From assembly GCA_013265495.1 (NCBI GenBank), contig MU058217.1, positions 1 through 64,000 of the forward strand: a DNA stretch of 64,000 nucleotides, written 5' to 3'. This DNA is from Vicugna vicugna. Its lineage: Eukaryota. The notes under the pieces are model-generated. The model was not told where the DNA came from. It ran no database searches and was given only the letters and a program-made list of their open reading frames with translations. Within the stretch, counting starts at the first letter, position 1. Each line of letters starts with the position of its first letter. Both the position numbers and the translations under genes were made by a program. Positions 30,728 through 64,000 of the stretch are shown here, one piece after another.

Positions 30728-31809
30728 AGATAAAAAGAATAAGCAGCTAAAAGGAATGCTCCCCCCAAAGCCCAAATTTATACATCTGGAAATTCAAAAA
30801 CAAACATACTTTAGATAATTTGGGAGTTGAAACGGAAATAGAAACTTTAAAATAATTGTAATTAAAGGATAATCAGAGTACTACATACTAACCTGTGGGA
30901 TTTAGCCAAAGTAGTAACCAAAGTAAAAAAATGTATACCATAAATAAACTTATAAGACCATAAGAAAGAATAAAAATAAATGAGGTAGGTAGGCTTTCAA
31001 TTCAAGGTGATACAGACCAACAAAATAAACCTAGAGAAATAAAAGAAAGGAATGAATAAGATTTAAAGCAGAATAAAATGGAAAAAGTTATTTGATAAAT
31101 CGAAATTAAAAAGATGAACACAAAAGGCAAAACTTTGGCAAACATGATTTAAAATAAAAAGAGTAAAATGAAATACGCAAAGAATAAAAAAGAAATAGAT
31201 GACTACATAGCAGTTTTTAAAATGATAAAAAGATATGCACAAAAAAATTTCCCCCCAAAAATCCCTAAAAACTCACAAAAAATGGGCAATTTGCTAGGAA
31301 GATAAATTCTGCAAATGTGCCCCCCCCCCGAAAAAACAAGTAGAAACTCTGAACAGGCTAATCAATAGTCATAAAAATCTTAAATATGAGCAAAAGATTT
31401 CTCCTCCAAAGAGGCTACAGGCAAAAAGAGTTCCATGAAGGAACTCTACCAAACCTTCATGGAACAAATTATTTACATCCTAAAAACACTGCCAAAGAAA
31501 ACAGAAACAAATGGGAAGTGCTCATTTTTACAAGACTAGCATGATCCTATATTAAATCCAGAAAATGACAGCACAAGAAAACTACGGCCTGGTCCCATAT
31601 GAACTCAGATGCAGAAATCCTGTATTAAAAATTAACAAATTTAAAGCAGCAGAAAACTTAACAATATTGTATCAATAGGTTTTATTTCATGAATTCCAGG
31701 GTGGTAAAAGTGAGGAAACATACAACATAATTCACTACATTAACAAGTTAGAGGAGAAAAATATAATTTCAATAGATGCAGAAGAAACACTGATAAAATC
31801 CAATGAATT

Positions 31810-32322
31810 TTTTAGATATAATTTAGATTCTATAAAATTCAACATTTGAGTGAACAATTTAAGCAGTTTCAGTAGACTCACAAACCATAATCACTAATTC
31901 CAGAATATTTTCATCACCTCAAAAAGAAATCCCATTAGCATTTACTCCCTAATCTCTCCTCTCCGGACTATCCTCTGGCAATCACCAATCTACTTTTTGT
32001 CTCTATAGACTCGCCTGTTCATGACAGAATATGAGCACATTTTGCAACTGGCTTCTTTCACTCAGCATAGTGTTTTCAAGGTTCATCTATGTTATATCAT
32101 GTATCAATACTTCATTTCTGTTTATGGCTGAATAATATAGCTGTATAGATATAATACGGCTGTACAGATATACTACATTTTGTTTATTTGTCTGTTGATG
32201 GACATTTGGAATTCCACTTTTTAGCTATTATGGATAATGTCATTACAAACATTTGTACGTAAGTTTTTGTATAAGCATATGTTTTCAAGTCTCTTGGTCC
32301 TACACCTAGGAATGGAACAGCT
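31810..32322 (-). mobile_element. Antisense L1 3' end (L1MB-like)
   Basis: ccagaatattttcatcacctcaaaaagaaatccc...ctggcttctttcactcagcatagtgttttcaaggttcatc...gatggacatttgg...ctcttggtcctacacctaggaatgg. Confidence 0.8.
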
Positions 32323-32485
32323 GAATTCATTTTTATGATTAAAATTATTGGGAAATTAGATATAAAGTATACAGCAAACATCATACTTGACAAAACATTA
32401 ATGTAATTCAATTAAAATCAGAAACAAAAAAAGGATCGCTTATCGTATATAGGTTATATAAACAAGTATCCTAGTTTGAATGCTA

Positions 32486-32595
32486 CTCAAATGTCTCTAA
32501 GACAATGCAATAGGAGGGGAAAAAAAACCCATATAAATTACCCTAAATGTCTCAAGACAATGCAATAGGAGGGAAAAAAAACCCATATAAATTAC
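32486..32595. repeat. Local tandem duplication, 2 x ~55 bp
   Basis: aaatgtctc(t)aagacaatgcaataggaggg(g)aaaaaaaacccatataaattac occurs twice in tandem. Confidence 0.92.
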
Positions 32596-32747
32596 AAAAG
32601 ACAGACACAAAATTGTGATTATTTGTATATAATACATCAAAAACCCAAGAGAATCAAATAAACTATTAGAAGTTATAAGGAATTTCAGCAAGGGGGCCAG
32701 ATAAAAGATAACATAGAAAAATCAATAACTTTATGAAACACCACGCC

Positions 32748-33163
32748 TGTTAGGGATTGCTGTTTGTATATAACAGAAAATCTGAGTGAACAGTGCCTTG
32801 TTAATATGAGCAGTTGATACTTTTCTCCACACAATAAAATTTCAGCTCATAGACGTCAAGGCTGTCTCTGAAACGCTCTTGATCTTTATTTCAAGGCTAT
32901 AGCTCCAGTCATTTTACATCTGTGTTTTGTACAGGAAACAGGAGAAGAGGGGAAAGGGAAAAGGCAGCACCAGAGGAGTCGGCTCTATTTCACAGAAGAG
33001 TTTTTCTGGAAGCCCACCCAGCAACTCCTGTTTGCATTTCATTAGCCCAAACAGTGTAACGTGCTTAACCTATGCTGCAAAGGCATCTGAGAAATGAAGT
33101 TTATTTGGCATACGGCTGCCAAATAAGAAAACTAAAGTTCAAGTAGGCAAATTCATCTGCCAC
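32748..33163 (-). mobile_element. MaLR LTR (MLT1-like), ancient
   Basis: tgttagggattgctgtttgtatataacagaaaatc...ctggaagcccacccagcaactcctgtttgcatttcattagcc...ctgcaaaggcatctgagaaatgaagttt...tctgccaCA. Confidence 0.65.
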
Positions 33164-34864
33164 ATGCTGGTAATAACACAGCAGAAAGTACATATAATAG
33201 GAAAGGTAATCCTATTCACTATAGCAACAAAAAACTATAAAACCTCTAGGAATAAACCTAACAAGAAATAAATAAAACCATTATGAAGGGGAAAAAAACC
33301 TAGGGAAAAAAATGACTGAAGAACATTTTTTAAAAGACTTGGAATGAACAGGAAAATACAGCACACCTGTCAACTGAAAGGCTCATTATTGTAAAGATAC
33401 CAACTTTCTTCAAATTAACCTATTAATTTAATAGGTCTCATGTAAAAGGAGAAACCTTCTACAACTTGTACAAAAAGAAAATAATTCTAATCCAGAAACA
33501 GAGAAGTCTATGCAGAAAATTTTTAATGAGTAATATCAAAATAATCTGAGAATGGAGGGAAAGGGTAAGGGTATATATGAAACAATACTGACCATGAACT
33601 GATAATTATTAATTCTGGATGATGAGTACAATAGGCTCATTACGGCATTTTTTTCTACCTCTATATACATCTGAAATTTTTCCATATTTTTATTTATGGA
33701 CTAACATGAAGACTGATCTGAGAGTATAGTGTGAAAAAAGGAAGTTGGTAAATATGTCAACTTTGACTATAATATATTTAAACATCTAATTACAAATTTC
33801 CTATGGGCCAATTTTCTCAGGCCCATTTATACTAGTAAATATAAACTATTTACTAATATTTATATACATATAAACATAATATTTATATTTAGGAAAATAT
33901 AAATTAGTAAATACACAGAAAAGGTCTGTAATATTACACACAAAACTAGTACTGGTGGTTACCTCTAGAGAAAAGGAAGCTACCCCCATTGTGAGTGTTC
34001 ATCAAAGAAGAATTTTTAGTCTAATCTACAAGGCTTTAACTTTTTATATAAATAGAATGTAAGAACACAATGGCACGTATCATCAAAACTCATAGAAATG
34101 AGTTGTTCTGCATCCTGTCTATGGCAGTGGTTACAAGAATCAGTGCACAAGCGAAAACTCATAGCACTATAAAACAAAAGAAGTGAACTTTACTGTAGTT
34201 TAAAATTTTTGTAAATAGCAGCAAAAACTCTCATACAACTGTCACCTAAAAAGAGTAAATTTTGCCGAATATAAATTATACCTCAATATACCTAATCACT
34301 AAACAAGAAGACTTTAATTTAAAAAGAATGATCATAATACAGTTTGTTTAAAAATTAAGGGTGTAAATTATCCCTATGGCATAATTTTTAAAGTAGATTA
34401 TAAAATATATATGTACTATATATGTGTAAATAGCATGATCTGCACTTTGGGATTACAGATTTTTTTTTCTCTTTGCTTAACTGTATTTTTCCTACAATGA
34501 ATATGTATTTTCTAATGGAACGATAATTTTTTTCAGTGTTGGGCGGACGGGCACTAACAGTGGAGACTCAGTGTAGAACCTCCTCTCACCTTGGCTCCGC
34601 AGCCCAAGGCCAGACTCCAAGGGTGAGCCTTGGCAGTGACCCAAGGGAATGAAGGAGGTGGAGGTTCCTATGGTAACAAAGAAGGAAAAGTGATTAGGGC
34701 CCTGAAAGCAATGTGTCGCTGAGTATGTGATCATTGGGTTACCACAGGCATGCGTCAAAGAGTCTGCCAAATCGAATATAGCTCTTAGGAACTTACTTTG
34801 AGGCCTCACCAGGCGCTGTCAAAGATTACCTTCCCAGCGTGCTAGAAAGCATTCTTTGCCGGCA

Positions 34865-35048
34865 GATTGGTCCCTGTCAAATTATTTATAGGAGATTAGT
34901 TCACATACTCAAAATGATATGAATACTTCTAATTATATCCAAACATGCCAAATGTCAGTACAAAGTACTCTGAGGGTTCATGCTGCCAACTGTCTTGCCC
35001 TAACAAAGAGGAGATAGCTGCAGCATCAGCACATTAGTTCCTATATAA
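34865..35048 (+). promoter_or_regulatory. MYH8: MYH8 proximal promoter: inverted CCAAT, AT2-like and AT1-like elements, E-boxes, TATA box
   Basis: GATTGG 34865-34870; TGTCAAATTATTTTATAG 34875-34892 and TTCTAATTATATCC 34927-34940, which resemble the AT2/AT1 (MEF2/Oct-1) elements described for fast MyHC promoters; CAAATG 34949 and CAACTG 34987; CCTATATAAG with TATATAA at 35042-35048, ~25-30 nt before the putative exon 1. Confidence 0.8.
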
Positions 35049-35069
35049 GCACGACAGACACCTCCTGCT

Positions 35070-35092
35070 TTATCGCCACCAAGAACCCAGAG
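35070..35092 (+). other. MYH8: MYH8 non-coding exon 1 (5'UTR; start approximate)
   Basis: Follows the TATA box and ends at a consensus donor CAGAG|GTAAGT (GT at 35093). Confidence 0.7.
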
Positions 35093-35297
35093 GTAAGTGG
35101 TACGGGTCCTGGGACTTGAAGGACCCAAGGGGGCAGAAGTAGCTTACCCCATTGCCCATCTCTGAGCATGAAACTGTTCCTCCCAACTTTGACTTTTATT
35201 TTCACAGAGCTAAGATTTAGGCCAGGGAAATTTTAATTCTGTAACTACCTTACTGGAATTTCACAACATCACTAATAAGAAACTTCTTGTTTTACAG

Positions 35298-35341
35298 TGT
35301 TAGACACTTCTGAACCTGTATTTTTCATCTGAACTCCAGAG
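35298..35341 (+). other. MYH8: MYH8 non-coding exon 2 (5'UTR, 44 nt)
   Basis: Acceptor ttcttgttttacag| and donor AGAG|GTAAGA; ACACTTCTGAACCTG resembles the MYH8 5'UTR as I recall it. Confidence 0.7.
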
Positions 35342-36242
35342 GTAAGACTTGGCTTTACTCATTTATTGATGACAGAGGGGATTTAGCCTAAGAAGTTGGG
35401 AACAGCTCTTAACTGTACACTATTTCTATGGTTTTACAGTTATCTAAGTAGACAGTGTTTCCAAAGGATCACTTATCTATGCTGGGAAATCATTTTTTCA
35501 GAATGTTGTATTCTCAGAGACCACCATCATCTGAGTTCCAGAATTAAAGGACCATTTAGGAAAGAATGAATTTTGACAGTGAATTCTCAGCGGTACTTAG
35601 AACCATCCAGGGGCAACCAACTATTCCATGCCAACTTCCCTCTGCTGACAAGCACTGAATACTTAACACGTTTTACCAAAAATTTTTAAACACCCAGGAA
35701 ACTTCTTAATCTAAAAATGTAGATAAAAACAAATATCTTTTTAATACCACAGTGTTTTAGTGTTTAAAACCACAGTTTAGTTTTAGTGAATTTAGCTTTT
35801 TCATAAATTCACTGTTATTTGTTTTTAGGAAGATTTATTATTATTCATTTAAAAACCACAAGTATTACACCCACAGAGTGCTAAATATCATACCTAATTT
35901 AGAAGAGCTCCTGGTCCTTCCTCCAAGTAATTGCCTGAGAGTAAAGGAAAGACCCAAGATCTAACATGCCAAGGTTGAGAGACATATCTATCAACAGAAG
36001 ACAATGGTTCATATGCAAGTGATGAACTCTCAAACTTTCGCCCCTTTTCTTTTTCTGGATGGAAAGAAAATAAGCCTGTGGAATTTACACAGGATGAAAA
36101 ACCTTCTTCATGCTGAAGTTCTCATTTCTCTATGGTTAGATCTGTTAACTGACAGTTGAAATCTCTCATGCCAAAAGGAGAATGCTAAAAGAGATTTTGG
36201 AATTAAGGCAATGTTAAGTCTCCTGGTAACAAGCCAAATGAC

Positions 36243-36273
36243 AAAAAACAAACAAACAAACAAACAAAAAAAA
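36243..36273. repeat. (AAAC)n tract in MYH8 intron 2
   Basis: aaaaaacaaacaaacaaacaaacaaaaaaaa. Confidence 0.85.
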
Positions 36274-36921
36274 CCAGAGTAGTAAAGATTTACTATGAGG
36301 GTCTTTTAATAACTCACCAAGAGATATACCACCAATTATTAGCATAAAGTAGATGCTAAAAATAACTATTTGGCTTATAAGAGAAAAAAATGGCCATCTA
36401 AAAGGCAAAGATGTTTTTGATAGCTCTGAAAATATCAAGCTTCATTTGCACAAGACAAACTTGCCCTCCTAACTCTATGACATCCTAGCAAATGGCAGAT
36501 GCAAACATTACGCAGAAGGAAAAGTGGGGATTAAAGAGTGACAGGTGCTACAAAACACTCCATCAACAACAGTCTTAGCTATAGATATTGTTACTGTTTA
36601 GAGATTAAAACATGCCAGGATTCCATTCTCATTCAGTTGTAGATGCCCTGGCCCTAAAGATCAAGACATGCCATCTGGGAAGGAAATTTTCAAAGCCCTA
36701 AAAATGAAGCTGCAAATTGCAGTCACATTCCAAGCCAGCCCAGTGCTAGTGTTACTGTGTTAGAACACTGGTCAACAACAGCTTGGAAAAATAGTTACAG
36801 CCCAGGCAGGTGATGGAGGCTTGACAAGCATTTATTTCGAATCTAGCTTGCAGGTATAACTTGTGGATTCTGTTTCTCCTCTCCCCCATTTTTACCCCAA
36901 GGCAGAGCTCTCTCTGAATAA

Positions 36922-63238
<26,317 letters not shown>

Positions 63239-63331
63239 ACACACCTGCCTGATGCTGCCAAGGGGCTGAAGAAATGCACAAAATGTGCTATTTTGGGTCA
63301 CTTGCTTTGCAATGTTTTTCTCTTAATGTTG

Positions 63332-63337
63332 AATAAA
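63332..63337 (+). terminator. MYH8: MYH8 polyadenylation signal (AATAAA)
   Basis: AATAAA ~94 nt after the TGA stop. Confidence 0.85.
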
Positions 63338-63511
63338 TAGAAACTACAGTGAACTTGGACCAGACTATCATTTTTAATTTCTAAAATTATTTCTCACACA
63401 TAGTTCTCACCTAGTTATTTTTAAAATATAATGTATGGCTTTGCAGAACATTCAATATTTGTACCTCCCTCACCACCCAGCATCCCCTTTCTCATCTCCA
63501 CCCCGACCCCC

Positions 63512-63538
63512 AACACACATACACACATACACACACAC
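63512..63538. repeat. (AC)n microsatellite, imperfect
   Basis: aacacacatacacacatacacacacac. Confidence 0.85.
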
Positions 63539-63644
63539 AATTCTTTTCCTCAACTTGATTTTATTAAATCTCTCAAGTGTTAACAGATTTCTCAGGAAAA
63601 CACTTCCTGAGGCTACCCCTTCAGACAGGACCCTCTTGTGTACC

Positions 63645-64000
63645 CACTTCACAAGTTGTTACTGAGCATCTATGTGCTGGATACTGTTCTAAGCTCTATG
63701 GGGGCAGCAGTGAACAAAGCATAGTCCCTGCCCTCTGCGAGCTTATATTTCACAAGGAGAGAAAGGCAGTCAACAAATAAGAAGCTGTGTAACGTATCAG
63801 ATGGTAAGTGCTGATGAGAAATAAAAAAGCAGGAGGGAGGCAGTTAGTACTTTGCAGAGAGTAGTCAAGGAAGGCCCCATTAATAAGAAGACATTTGAGC
63901 AGAGACCTGAAGGAAGCAAGAGAGTAAGCCGAGTGAGTGTATGATGGCAGAGTGTATCCAGGCAGAGGGAACAACAGAAAATGCAAAGGCCCTGAGGGAG
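63645..64000 (-). mobile_element. L2 LINE 3' end downstream of MYH8 (runs off the window)
   Basis: ttactgagcatctatgtgctggatactgttctaagc...cagcagtgaacaaagcatagtccctgccctc...gacatttgagcagagacctgaagga...caggcagagggaacaacagaaaatgcaaaggccctgagg. Confidence 0.8.

Larger units (their letters stand above)
30780..33430 (+). mobile_element. Highly decayed ancient L1 ORF2 segment, interrupted by an antisense L1 and a MaLR LTR
   Basis: Decayed ORF2 landmarks: aacctgtgggatttagccaaagtag, ctctaccaaaccttcatggaac, tcaatagatgcagaagaaacactgataaaatcc, aaacccaagagaatc...aggaatttcagcaagg, ctaggaataaacctaacaaga. Confidence 0.65.

Overview
Mammalian genomic DNA from the fast skeletal myosin heavy-chain (MYH) cluster, with two tandem + strand genes. 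The first is the 3' part of MYH4 (MyHC-IIb): exon 7 (partial) to exon 40, stop at 18489-18491, AATAAA at 18579. It is followed by a ~16.5 kb intergenic region that is mostly layered LINE-1/L2/MIR/LTR debris. The second is a complete MYH8 (perinatal MyHC): TATA 35042, two 5'UTR exons, CDS 36931-63238 in 38 coding exons = 5814 nt = 1937 aa + stop, AATAAA 63332. Every exon was walked by eye, and lengths and phases match the canonical sarcomeric MYH layout. The style of the young L1 3' ends, and the lack of recognisable Alu/B1/PRE-1/Bov-tA/Can-SINEs, suggests a camelid-like cetartiodactyl; this is inference only. I found no unknown gene or novel biological system. The most notable signals are: exon-by-exon gene conversion between MYH4 and MYH8 (three exons 100% identical, with shared unusual residues); alignable head-region introns; a GC splice donor in each gene, the MYH8 one being weak; a false exon-25 duplication around an N gap; and several mechanistically informative L1 insertions (twin-priming inversion, 3'-truncated insertion with TSD, nested insertions). 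Exon numbers follow the usual 40-exon MYH convention with ATG in exon 3. Comparisons with human, pig or mouse proteins are from memory and need checking by alignment.
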